A stretch of 64,000 nucleotides of DNA from Podarcis muralis (lineage: Eukaryota). The position numbers and the translations under genes are program-made. Location: NCBI RefSeq assembly GCF_964188315.1, contig NC_135666.1, forward strand, positions 27,404,001 to 27,468,000, written 5' to 3'. Below, in pieces: positions 47,851 to 58,610 of this stretch. A model generated the notes under the pieces. The model searched no databases, was not told the DNA's origin, and saw nothing but the letters and a program-made list of their open reading frames with translations. Every line of letters begins with the position of its first letter. Positions within the stretch are counted from its first letter, which is position 1.

Positions 47851-49626
47851 ATGGCAGAGAAGTGGACTCGGCAAGTTTGCAGCGGGGCCGAGGCGGAGAG
47901 GGGCAGCCGGGCCGGCGCTTTCTCCCCGCCGCTGCTGCTGCTGCTACTGCTGTGCACGGAGGCGCCGGTGCTTCCCGCTCTGGGGCAGCAGCAGTACAAC
48001 GGCGAGCGGGGCATCTCGGTGCCGGACCACGGCTACTGCCAGCCCATCACCATCCCCCTGTGCACGGACATCGCGTACAACCAGACCATCATGCCCAACT
48101 TGCTGGGCCACACCAACCAGGAGGACGCGGGCCTGGAGGTGCACCAGTTCTACCCGCTCGTCAAGGTGCAGNNNNNNNNNNNNNNNNNNNNNNNNNNNNN
48201 NNNNNNNNNNNNNNNNNNNNNNNNNNNNNNNNNNNNNNNNNNNNNNNNNNNNNNNNNNNNNNNNNNNNNNNNNNNNNNNNNNNNNNNNNNNNNNNNNNNN
48301 NNNNNNNNNNNNNNNNNNNNNNNNNNNNNNNNNNGCGAGAAGTTCCCCGTGCACGGCGCCGAGGAGCTCTGCGTGGGCCAAAACACCTCCGAGCGCGGCA
48401 CGCCCACGCCCTCGCTGGGACCCGAGTTCTGGACCAGCAACCCGCAGCTGCGGCCCGGCGGCGGCGGCGTGGCAGGAGGCGGGGGCGGAGGGAGCCACCT
48501 GGCGGAGCGGGCGGGCAGGTTCACCTGCCCCCGGGTGCTCAAGGTGCCCTCCTACCTCAACTACCGCTTCCTGGGCGAGAAGGATTGCGGGGCGCCCTGC
48601 GAGTCCGCGCGCCCCTACGGGCTCATGTACTTTGGGCAGGAGGAGCTGCGCTTCTCTCGCACCTGGATTGGCATCTGGTCGGTGCTGTGCTGCGCCTCCA
48701 CCCTCTTCACCGTGCTGACCTACCTGGTGGACATGAAGCGCTTCAGCTACCCGGAGAGACCCATCATCTTCCTCTCGGGCTGCTACACGGCAGTGGCGGT
48801 GGCCTACATTGCAGGGTTCCTGCTGGAGGAGAAGGTGGTGTGCAACGAGCGCTTCTCCGACGATGGCTCGCGGACGGTGGCGCAGGGCACGAAGCGGGAA
48901 GGGTGCACCATCCTCTTCATGATGCTCTACTTCTTTGGCATGGCCAGCTCCATCTGGTGGGTGATCCTCTCCCTCACCTGGTTCCTGGCAGCTGGCATGA
49001 AGTGGGGCCACGAAGCCATCGAGGCCAACTCCCAGTACTTCCACCTGGCTGCTTGGGCTGTGCCCGCTATCAAAACCATCACCATCTTGGCTCTGGGGCA
49101 GGTGGATGGGGATGTGCTCAGTGGCGTCTGCTTTGTGGGCATCAACAATGTGGATGCCCTGCGGGGCTTTGTGCTGGCTCCTTTGTTTGTTTACTTGTTC
49201 ATTGGCACTTCTTTCCTCCTGGCTGGATTTGTCTCCCTTTTCAGAATTCGGACCATCATGAAACACGACGGTACCAAGACAGAGAAGCTGGAAAAGCTGA
49301 TGGTTAGGATAGGGATCTTCAGCGTCCTGTACACAGTGCCTGCCACCATAGTCATTGCCTGCTATTTTTACGAGCAAGCATTTAGGGAACAGTGGGAAAG
49401 GAGTTGGTTTGCTCAAAGCTGCAAGAGCTATGCCATCCCTTGCCCCAGTAACCACCACCATCCGCCCATGAGTCCTGACTTCACCGTCTTTATGATCAAG
49501 TATCTCATGACTTTAATTGTAGGCATCACTTCTGGCTTTTGGATCTGGTCTGGGAAAACACTCAATTCCTGGAGGAAGTTCTATAGCAGACTCACCAACA
49601 GTAAGCAAGGGGAAACTACAGTGTGA
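47851..49626 (+). CDS. FZD1: Frizzled-1 (Wnt receptor), single exon, 591 aa
   Basis: Strong Kozak (AAGTATGG), poly-Leu signal peptide, CRD start [19 protein letters not shown] (FZD1-type rather than FZD2/7), 7TM region, KTLNSW (KTxxxW, 49555-49572) and C-terminal [15 protein letters not shown] ligand typical of FZD1. Confidence 0.97.
   Translation: MAEKWTRQVCSGAEAERGSRAGAFSPPLLLLLLLCTEAPVLPALGQQQYNGERGISVPDHGYCQPITIPLCTDIAYNQTIMPNLLGHTNQEDAGLEVHQFYPLVKVQXXXXXXXXXXXXXXXXXXXXXXXXXXXXXXXXXXXXXXXXXXXXXXXXXXXXXXXEKFPVHGAEELCVGQNTSERGTPTPSLGPEFWTSNPQLRPGGGGVAGGGGGGSHLAERAGRFTCPRVLKVPSYLNYRFLGEKDCGAPCESARPYGLMYFGQEELRFSRTWIGIWSVLCCASTLFTVLTYLVDMKRFSYPERPIIFLSGCYTAVAVAYIAGFLLEEKVVCNERFSDDGSRTVAQGTKREGCTILFMMLYFFGMASSIWWVILSLTWFLAAGMKWGHEAIEANSQYFHLAAWAVPAIKTITILALGQVDGDVLSGVCFVGINNVDALRGFVLAPLFVYLFIGTSFLLAGFVSLFRIRTIMKHDGTKTEKLEKLMVRIGIFSVLYTVPATIVIACYFYEQAFREQWERSWFAQSCKSYAIPCPSNHHHPPMSPDFTVFMIKYLMTLIVGITSGFWIWSGKTLNSWRKFYSRLTNSKQGETTV
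48172..48334. other. Assembly gap (163 N) inside the FZD1 CRD
   Basis: Run of N. The reading frame is preserved across it. Confidence 1.
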
Positions 49627-49972
49627 AGTTCCCACACCAACCAGAGACAGCTGGCAAAGGAACTTCCTCTCTGCTCACAGTCCCAGCCAGAAAGTAAAGG
49701 AGAGAAAGTGGTCACATAGGTGCTGTCCAAAGTCTTATGACTTTTCTCTCCAGCCCACAGGGGACTGGATGTAAAGAGGTTGGTGCTGGTGGAGAAAGAG
49801 ACCTTATTCCCCTTGCCTCTTGTCTTCTACTGGACTAAATTTTACTGTAAAGTTGGGAATGTGGATCTGAGGTTGTAAATAGCCTCTGTAAGATTTTGTA
49901 AGTATATTTGTATTTAAATTGCAAAGTTCTCACTTTTGTAATTATTTAGAACTTTTTTAACCAGTTTGCAGC

Positions 49973-50023
<51 letters not shown>

Positions 50024-52290
50024 AGAAAGAAAATCAATGTTCTTCTTTATTTTATTTGCAAAGCTGATATCATAGGAACCAAAATGAGCCCAATAGCTTT
50101 CCTTTTCACACCTCCCACCCCACACGTCATGGTAATAGTTGCGTGTCAAGCTGCTTAGGTCCAGGATTAAGGATAACTGATTCATAATTTGACATATGTT
50201 ATAAGTTGCCCCACTGATACCAGTAGAATTAATGGTTTCAGGAAAATTGTCTGGGTAGGCTGCACGGCTGACTTGATCTGCGCTGCAAGACAAATACAGA
50301 CAGGGAGTGGAAAAGCCTTAACTCCCATCTCTGCTCAGCATGACCTGAAGGAATAAAGGAGCAAGCAGTTTTACCTGTTCCACCCCACCTGGGGAGGAGT
50401 ATGGGAAAGGGAACTGCATGTTATTATTACCCAACTGTATTGCCTAGCCCTTGCCTAAGAAAACTTTCTCTCCACCACCAAACTCTTGGTGAGAAAGTTT
50501 CCTAAGCTCTGCCTAAAGGTGTGACCTGTTTTTAAGAAGTATGAAATTGAAAGGTTGGGAGTGATATTTTTCTCACCAGCTGCTCCTTTACACACATCTG
50601 ACCATTTTAAAGAACTGTTAACTTTTCTCTTAACTTTGTTAATATATGGAATGGGCAGCCTGCTTTTTAAGCCTGTAAGAGGCAGCTTCTACTTTCTATG
50701 GAAATACGGCCATTGGTTGTAATTGTTAATCTGTAGTGAGGACGAGGCGGTGCATTTTGATTGTGATTTTGACACTCCATTCCTTAATAGCCTGCAATTT
50801 TGATAGATTTTTTTGTTCTGTTTAATGAGTTTGCTGGGAGAGAGCCATCAGGAAAAGCGCTATTGAGCCGATTTTTACAGACCTAACTCAGTATGACCAA
50901 GAAGAAGGGGGGACATAAACCCAGTAAAAGATCTCTGCAGCTTGGATTATTCAGATTTTCACAGCATTTATAACACTGACATTTCATTTCTACATATCTT
51001 CATAACTGGTGGGTTTTAATTCCTTCTTGTTAGTAGGTGAATGAAAGGCATGGTGATTTATGCCGCCAAGAAAAATAGATTTCAGTTGAATGATAGGGTG
51101 TGAGACCCCAAAGAATCTACAAGCCTGATGTTTCAATATAGTAATTTATATGTAAAGCTAAAAGAGCCTGTGTATGATTGGTCTGTGTTCTCTCTGAACT
51201 GTTATGGCTCATATTTCCTTAACAGGCTTATACAAGATGTGTCAATTTTAACTGGCAAACACCTTTTAATATTTAATCCTTTGTATAGCAGCAGACTTGC
51301 TGCTCTTCCGATTGTACTGTTTCAAACTTCTTTTTATATAAGCACCTGTCATAAATATTATCCATGACTTAACCTTACCCTAAAATGCATAGCTATGTGA
51401 ATTTGGTATGCTTTTCTTTCTGTTCACTATTGCAAGATCAACTATATTTATAGAGGAATAGAAGTTTATATATAAATATATATAAAATACATATTTTTAA
51501 TTTCTTTGAAATAAATTGAGGTTTTGTACAAAATTGTCTTGTCCTTTTAACATTCTTCAAGGAAATTTAAAATGCACATCCTGTACTGTTTTAAAACTAA
51601 AGCTGCACGTGTTTCCCCCCCATCAAGCAAAACAGGCTACATTGTATACCTCTTTTCCTTTAATTTAAACCAGTCTTTAAATGTACATAAAACAGAAAGA
51701 ACTACCTTTCCAACTCTAAAATTCTATAATTCTATAATGTGATCTGTGTACAGTTAATGAGGAGTAGAGCTGATGGTGTAAAACTTGTTTCTTCTGTCAC
51801 AGAAGATAAAAAGCTTATAAGTGTTTATTTCTTTAAAATACCAATTTGGTGCTCTTTTGTGGCATGCTTGCTCCTTTAACACCAATATATGAAAAATTTC
51901 ACACTGCTCAAATTGCTTTTAGAATTTATGTTCACAGAATATCAACTTTAGGCAATGTGTTTAGAATGCTTAAGTTGGCTACAACAGTAACATGGTTAAG
52001 GGTGAAGTGCCTATTTCTGTTCTTTGTAGGGGAGAAAATATCCTCTTTCACAGTGGTTCATCGGTGATCAAAATATTTTGATCAAAATAAATATTTTAGT
52101 CTCCTAATGAAATTGCATTTTAAATAGCATTTACTGGCTTTAGGAAATGTTATATATAACCAATAGTACTAAAAGAAAACCAAGTAAATGGCAAAGTATG
52201 TGATAACACGATGGTACAGAAACTTTAAAAACAGAATATATATAATTTTGCAGTAGTTTAAGAGAATAAAAATGCAAGCATTTAAAAAAT
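49627..52290 (+). other. Probable FZD1 3' UTR
   Basis: AT-rich, no recognisable TEs. Candidate AATAAA at 51510, 52086 and 52265. The true end is not determined. Confidence 0.55.
49977..50020. repeat. (TC)22 microsatellite in the FZD1 3' UTR
   Basis: Read directly from the sequence. Confidence 0.97.
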
Positions 52291-53144
52291 ACCATAAACA
52301 TTTCAGCTCAAATTATGTAAGCAACCACACTTAATTTCATTTGATATGTAGTTCTGTTCTAATCAGATCAATTTTATAGTTCTGAATACATTAGGTATTT
52401 TTAATTGAACAATCATATTGAGTCTAAATGCATATATGATGCATGGAATGAGAGAAGGCCGGGTCCATTTACTCTAAAAGGAATGACCACTGAGGTGTCT
52501 GGACCTTACACTTCATTATCATTGAGTGACTTTCCAGTAAATGGCATTTGCTCAGTTTTTATTCTCTTTTGCACATTTGTGTACATGCTTTTCATGCACA
52601 TCATGCCCCTCTCATGGCCTTGTTGAAGACAAAGACACAAGGCTGTCTTTCTACAACAATTCTAGGACTGAAAACAACCCCTATCTGCTTAACACAACAG
52701 TAGCATAACCTGATTTTTTATGTAATCAATGTACTTGATACTAAATAGAGCTCAGTTGAGACTGCTTTTGTTGCCCCTCTACTGACAGCCATATTACAGC
52801 AGCCTAGGCATGGTGGGGTTGGCCACTGAGCCATAACATAACTGCTCCATTTCTTCTTCCTGCTTGTAGCACTGTGCATAAACTACTTCACTGTTTTGTC
52901 TTACGCTACACAGATTTGAATTTGTCACTATCCCAGCAGTTTCAAACTTTCCAGTTACCATTTCATTTTCAAGTGAAACACATGTTGAAACATTTCCATA
53001 CCAGTTTATCCCTGACCCTTCCCATGCCAACGGTTATGCATTTTGATATTTGAATATGCTTACAAAAAGAGCTGATATTTTCAATTAAAAGGAAGGCCAC
53101 AATCCATCTAGTGCAGCATCCACTTATTTCACTTAACATTCACC

Positions 53145-53265
53145 CACTTCACCAACCTGATGCTCTCCAGATGTTCTGGACTGCAACTCACATCAGCCCT
53201 AGTCAACCCTTGCACTGATGGGAACTGTAGTCCAAAACATCTTGAGTGCACTAGGTTGGTGAGGT
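53145..53265. mobile_element. hAT-like palindromic MITE
   Basis: TTCACCAACCT...CTCCAGATGTTCTGGACTGCAACT...AACTGTAGTCCAAAACATCT...AGGTTGGTGA. Confidence 0.7.
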
Positions 53266-53324
53266 CTGTCCTGTGCCTTGCTGCTGCCGACAATAAAATA
53301 GTGGCATAAGCACATGAAATGAGC

Positions 53325-53510
53325 TTACTGAATCAGCCCAATGATCCATTTAGTCCAGTTCTCCCAGTGGCTGGCCAGATGTCTATGGGAACCCTGCAAG
53401 TTGGACACGAATGCAACAGCACTCTGCCCACCTGCAGTTCCCAGTAACTGGTATTCAGAGTCATAATGCCTCTTGACAGTGAAGGTGGAACATAGCTATC
53501 TGATAGGCAT
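53325..53510 (-). mobile_element. Old CR1 3' UTR fragment
   Basis: TAGTCCAG...GGCCAGATG...GCAACAGCACTCT...CAACTGGTATTCAGA-like sequence is the reverse of 45972-46205. Confidence 0.6.
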
Positions 53511-53898
53511 GATTCTATTTTCCTAGAAAGCTTCATTATGTTCAAAACAAGCATGCCAGTTCCAAGGCAATAATGCTATAGACTTTCATTCCTGTATTGA
53601 AGTGGGGGTTTCTTCTGAGTAAAGCTGCACAAGCCAAGTTTCACACAAAAAACAACACTATTTTCAATGCAATCCTAAGCATGCTTACTCTGAAAAAAGA
53701 GTTGTTCAGAGGGCAATATGGACAGATTGAGCCCCTATGCACATCTAGAGATTGGAGCAACATTAAGGGCAGGAAAGAATCAGATCCTGTTGGCCCAAGT
53801 GCCATGTGAGGATAGAGCAGAAGGCCTGCGTTCTTACCACAAGTACAAGTGACATTCAAAAATAAGGTGAAATAACAGGCTGCTATCCCATATCTCTA

Positions 53899-54262
53899 GG
53901 GACGCAGGTGGCACTGTGGGTTAAACCACAGAGCCTAGGACTTGCCGATCAGAAGGTCGGCGGTTTGAATCCCTGCAACGGGGTGAGCTCCCGTTGTTCG
54001 GTCCCTGCTCCGGCCAACCTAGCAGTTCGAAAGCACGTCAAAGTGCAAGTAGATAAATAGGTACCGCTCCGGCGGGAAGGTAAACGGTGTTTCCGTGTGC
54101 TGCTCTGGTTCACCAGAAGCGGCTTAGTCATGCTGGCCACATGACCCGGAGGCTGTCTGCGAACAAACGCCGGCTCCCTCAGCCAATAAAGCGAGATGAG
54201 CGCCGCAACCCCAGAGTCGGTCACGACTGGACCTAATGGTCAGGGGTCCCTTTACCTTTACC
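53899..54262 (+). mobile_element. Full-length Sauria SINE (second subfamily)
   Basis: GGGACGCAGGTGGCACTGTGG...GGTTTGAATCC...AGAGTCGGTCACGACTGG...CCCTTTACCTTTACC. Imperfect TSD. Confidence 0.93.
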
Positions 54263-54436
54263 CTATATCTACTTGAGAGTAAACTCCATTGCCCCCGATG
54301 CGACTTGCTTCTATGCAGACATGACAGGACTAAGCTGCTAATTACTCTAGCACCACATCACAATTCCTAACTCTACTTTCTCTACTGCACCACAACTGAA
54401 TAACAGCCATTGATTGCACTAAGGAGCACTACCTGA

Positions 54437-54628
54437 CAGGGGTGCCCACTTGAACAAAATATTGGGAGGGCCCAGGTAAAAGCCCCACCCCACATAATTG
54501 ATCATGTGATATAGCACATGCACACCATTTGAATGGCAATGCCCATCAACTTTGGGAGGCCCCAGCTCCCTCAAATATTTTATGGGGGGAGCTGAAGGGA
54601 CCTTGGCTCCTAAGAGTTGGCTCCTGTG
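54437..54628. mobile_element. hAT-type MITE
   Basis: Ends CAGGGGTGCCCACT / AGTTGGCTCCTGTG. 8-bp TSD CTACCTGA / CTATCTGA (7/8). Confidence 0.8.
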
Positions 54629-55162
54629 CTATCTGAACATGCTAAGTAGCAACTTAGCAGGCTTGGTTTGCCTTATAAATTAAGGGACAATTCAAATATG
54701 ATGGTCACTACATCCATCCACTTATCCATGTAGCCACGCCACTTTGCAGGTGCAATATTAAAAAAGTTCTGGTCCATGTACTGATCAAAACCTGCGTAAT
54801 TATATTATGCATAGCCACAGTGGAATTCTCCATGCAAAGGTATGCAGGCTCAATGCTTTTTAATATTGTGGCCAGGTTGTACAGTAGTAATACATAGGTA
54901 ACTACTTCCTTCTACCTGGTTGCTGTTGAAATTAAATCAAGTATTCCAAGAAGCATGGATAAGTCGATACATTAGTGCTTTAAATTGCTGCTTTTTCGCA
55001 CTTTCCCTGTAACGCTGGAAGAGAAATTTAGACTGAGATGTACAAGCTTCGGATATACAAATCTGTACATTTGCATGGGGGGTGTCCCAAAAGCTGAAGC
55101 ACAAAGCTTCTGTATGCAACTTCATGGTTGTCCTTACGGTGTTATAAGAGAATGGCTACTGT

Positions 55163-55420
55163 GGCCTTGTTCGCACGTCACGACAAACCACAGTTAATGG
55201 TCGTGATAAAACATAGTAAATAGTTTACCGTGAACGGTGTATTTTTCATTGTCTCCTCCCTGCTAGCATGCAAAGGAATCAAACCACAATCCCTGGCTTA
55301 GCATTACATAAAACCCCAAGATTGTGGCTTTGTTTCACTGCCAAAAAACATTGTCTTGTTTTTCAGAAATGAAATAAACCACAATCCCTGGTTCAGATGC
55401 AACATTAAGCCAGGGATTGC
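55163..55420. mobile_element. PIF/Harbinger-like MITE fragment
   Basis: GGCCTTGTTCGCACGTCAC start, with repeated AAACCACAATCCCTGG / CCAGGGATTG subterminal motifs. Confidence 0.45.
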
Positions 55421-55432
55421 CATTTGCTTCTT

Positions 55433-55771
55433 CAGTGGTGGACTTTGGTATTATGGTGCCTTGTGCGAGGCCAAAATTTGGTGCACCGTGCCCCCCGTCC
55501 TTGCACCGTGTTCCCAAAGCTGGGTAAGGAAGCGTCGGGTTTGGGGAAGAAGGCATGAAGGCTCTGGCAGGGTCCAAGAGCCATCCCACCATCTTCCCAA
55601 AGCTGGGAAAGTGCCGCCTGGGCTTTGGGAAGGAGGCTGGTGGACTCCAGGACCTTGTCAGAGGTCAGAGTCTTGTGACACCTTCCACCATTTTTCTTAC
55701 TGAGCTTTGAGACCACTCGGCTCTGCACCCAATGTATGCACACTGCTTGGACAGCCCAAAATCCACCTCTG
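55433..55771. mobile_element. hAT-like MITE
   Basis: TIRs CAGTGGTGGACTTTGG / CCAAAATCCACCTCTG. No clean TSD. Confidence 0.6.
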
Positions 55772-56109
55772 GTTTCTACTACTGTGTACTAGGAGGGGGA
55801 GTGAGGCAGATCAGAAGGTGTGGTCATAGTAAAGTATTAACCATGGTTTACTGTGACACGCAGGTAAGGCAATGGAATGCACAGTGACGTGTAGCTCTTT
55901 GTTTTTATTTAAACTCCAGCATCTACAAGGGCCTAGCTGAGGTTCCTTGCACTGCAGGAAAGTGTCACTGGTTTTTTAAAAATGAAGGCTACATTTAATA
56001 AAATGCATCCAGTGTGCGAAATACGTGGGACTTCAAGATTCTCATAGTTCATTTCAGGACAGAATGTCTTCTACCTGGTGGCCTTACTTTCACAGTCTTA
56101 GAAACATGT

Positions 56110-56275
56110 AACCTGGCGAGTTCAAATGCTCACTCAGCCATGAAGTTGAATGGGTGACTTAGTGCCAGTCACTAACTCTCAGCCCAACCTGACTCACAGG
56201 GTTGTTGTGAAGGTAAAATATGGCGGGGAGAACCAAGTACACCACTTTGACACCCCTGGAGGAAAAAGTGGCAAT
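56110..56275 (+). mobile_element. MIR/Squam3-type CORE SINE
   Basis: GTTCAAATGC...GGGTGACTT...CCAGTCACTAACTCTCAGCCCAACCT...CACAGGGTTGTTGTGA core. Confidence 0.6.
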
Positions 56276-56779
56276 CAATCTGACTTGCTACCCTGTGAGC
56301 TTTCATAACCTTATAAAAGGTTATTTTACATTCAGCTCACCTGATTGAAGTACTGGGAGCCACTGTCATCCTTGGAGGGGGGGGGGGGCTTTTGCCATAA
56401 TATTTGCTTGCAAAGAAAGATACTAGCTTAAACCATAAAAAGTAATTTGATCTGTTTCAAAGACATAAATTATCTGTGAGCGAATAAACAACAACAAAAA
56501 ACCACCCCAATTTTACGAAGAACAACAAGGAAAAAAAAGATGCTTCATGGTAGGTGGCCTAAACGTGGTTATTCATGGCAATTCTCTCCAGTGCGATTGC
56601 TCTAAGCAGTAGAATTAAAATTATTATTGTAACAAAGAGCTACTGTGTTGGTGATAAAACCCATCAGCAATTCTGTCCAATTGCTATAAAAACAAATGGA
56701 AAGAGCAATCCACGCTCCAGGAACTTTCCGTTCATTTCAACAGGCTTCTGTAGAAGAATCATAGGATTTTATCCAGTAT

Positions 56780-56880
56780 TAGTCCCACCCAGAGTTGAAC
56801 TGTTGGAAATAATGGACATGACTAACATAGGCCCTGTCATTTTAATGGGTCTCCTCTGAGTAGAGCTTGGTTGGATGCAA
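56780..56880. repeat. Short quasi-palindromic squamate interspersed repeat
   Basis: CCCACCCAGAG...AATGGACATGACT...GTCATTTTAATGGGTCTCCTCTGAGTAG. Related fragments near 8350, 31340, 33330, 42500, 43020 and 54275. Confidence 0.45.
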
Positions 56881-57115
56881 TCTACAGTCACAGTTGGAAG
56901 GGACCATCTCCTCCAACCTAATGCTCAATGCAGTATCTGCAATACAGGATACAATACAGCATCCTTGATAGATGGGATGCCAAGCTTCTGTGTAAATACC
57001 TCCAGCAAAGGAGAACCCACCACATCCTGAGGCAGCTTGCTCCACTGTCTTGCTGTTAAGGATTTCCTCCTAAAGTTTTGCTGAACTTTCCCTTGCCTGC
57101 AGTTTTGACCCACAG
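56880..57115 (-). mobile_element. CR1 3' fragment
   Basis: Minus frame NFRRKSLTARQWSKLPQDVVGSPLLEVF is a CR1 C-terminus. Confidence 0.75.
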
Positions 57116-57121
57116 ATTTAA

Positions 57122-57255
57122 AGCCAGTGTGGTGTAGTGGTTAGAGTGTTGGACTAGGGCTTGAGAGGCCAGGGTTCAAATCCCTGCTCACCCAAGAAGT
57201 TTGCTGGGTGACCTCAGAGTGAGAGAACCGTGAGCTCCTTGGGAGAAAAAGTAGA
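57122..57255 (+). mobile_element. MIR/Squam3-type tRNA SINE 5' part
   Basis: GCCAGTGTGGTGTAGTGGTTAGAGTGTTGGACTAG (A box)...GGGTTCAAATCCC (B box)...GCTGGGTGACCT. Confidence 0.8.
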
Positions 57256-57349
57256 AATGGAAATTGCAGAATGCACAAAAAGTACACATTTCCTACAAAA
57301 GAGATGCACAACTTTAGGTTCCCGAGTATGCAAAAGCGATCCAATCACT

Positions 57350-57640
57350 CAATCAATAATAGTCTAGTCCTCTGGAGCAATAAGAAAAAGTCTGCTCTGT
57401 CACTTGTGTAACAGCCCTTCAGATATTCCAGGACTGTTTTATGTCTCCCCTTAATGTCTCCTTTTTCCACTAAAACTTTGCTCTTTCAACCATTCCTATT
57501 AAGACTTGGCTTCTGGGCCCTCAACAATGGGGTCACCTTCCTCTAAACATGCTCCAGGTTGCCAATGTCCTTCTCATAAAGTGGCATGCAGGACTGGACT
57601 TGGTACTCCAGCTGCAGCCCCAACTAGTGCAGAATAAAGT
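57350..57640 (-). mobile_element. CR1 RT fragment
   Basis: ACTGGACTTGGTACTCCAG and CTCCAGGTTGCCAATGTCC are reversed LEY(C)VQFW / KDIDKLE-type CR1 motifs. Confidence 0.6.
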
Positions 57641-57644
57641 GGAA

Positions 57645-57925
57645 GTGTTTTTATTTCATTATATTATTTAAGAAAAATTATAATACCGCTTAATTGCACT
57701 GAAACCTTTAAGTGGTTTACAATATAATATTCAACTAATCAAAAGCATTTGAAAACATTTAAAAATAATTAAAATGAACATCAAAAGAGATTAAAGCACA
57801 TCTACATGTCTGGATAGGCTTGCCTAAGCAAAAATGATCTAAGCAGGTGCCAGAATAAATTGCAGTGCAGTTACAGCAAAGGCACCTGCCTGTTGTCAAT
57901 AGGCAGGGTGTTCCGAGTGTAAATA
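57645..57925 (-). mobile_element. L2-type 3' fragment inserted among the CR1 pieces
   Basis: T/A-rich reversed tail followed by GGATAGGCTTGCCTAA...GGCACCTGCCTG...AGGCAGGGTGTTCC. Confidence 0.5.
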
Positions 57926-58149
57926 CATTAAAAGATCAATTTATTACAACTGCAGGATAAGTAATGAGTGTCACCTGTAACTGTGCCAGCTTCCTGTGAC
58001 CTGGATTTTAAACATCTACCATGTTCTGCCTTAGTTACCTCTCTTCTATAATTAAAAACAATAAAATGTTTTAACCTTTAGAGATCAATAGATTAGATCA
58101 CTTTCAGCTGCTGCCTTCTGTATTTCCCCCCACAAAGGTATGAAATAAT

Positions 58150-58610
58150 TTTTGAGATGCTGTGGCCAGAACTCTATATATAGTATTCAAATAGTGGTGA
58201 CACCATGATTTTTTATATGTACATTTTTTTATACAGGCAGGGTTATTTCCACTCTTTCTCCTAATAACCTGTAAGCATGGAACATGGCCTTTTACTGCTA
58301 CCAGTTGACATTTTCACTGTGCTCTCTGCTGTAACCCCTAAATCTCTTTCCTGATTAGTTGCTGCCAGTTCAGATCCCATCTATCTATATATGAAGCTTG
58401 AAATCTTTTTCCCGTGCTTTGCTTTACACTCATTTACACAGAACCTCATTTGCCTTAATTAAAACAACAACAACTTCAAGAGATCCTCTTTGGAGTTGTG
58501 TTCAACCTTGAATAGCTCTGTGTCATCTGCAGGCCTGGCTACCTCACTAATTGCTGGTGACACCGGATAATTTTTGAACCAATTTAACAGTCCTGGTCCC
58601 AATACAGATT
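58150..58610 (-). mobile_element. CR1 RT fragment
   Basis: TGTGTCATCTGCA reverse-translates to ADDT (FADD motif). GGTCCCAATACAGA gives SVLGP. Confidence 0.65.

Larger units (their letters stand above)
46880..49050. promoter_or_regulatory. CpG island and TATA-less promoter of FZD1
   Basis: Sharp rise in GC and CpG. GC boxes at about 46896 and 47344, an E2F-like GGCGCGCCAA at about 46929, and TGACGCA motifs at 46961 and 47426. A STAT-type TTCTGGGAA lies just upstream at 46809-46817. Confidence 0.85.

Noticed and set aside
47558-49307. Long alternative-frame sense ORFs (47558-48718, 47862-49307)
   Set aside because: GTG starts, low-complexity R/A/G/P content, explained by GC richness and the gap.
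47944-49461. 505-codon antisense ORF over FZD1
   Set aside because: Expected shadow of a high-GC3 CDS: TTA, CTA and TCA codons are rare, so antisense stops are rare. It is also inflated by the N gap and shows no recognisable domain.
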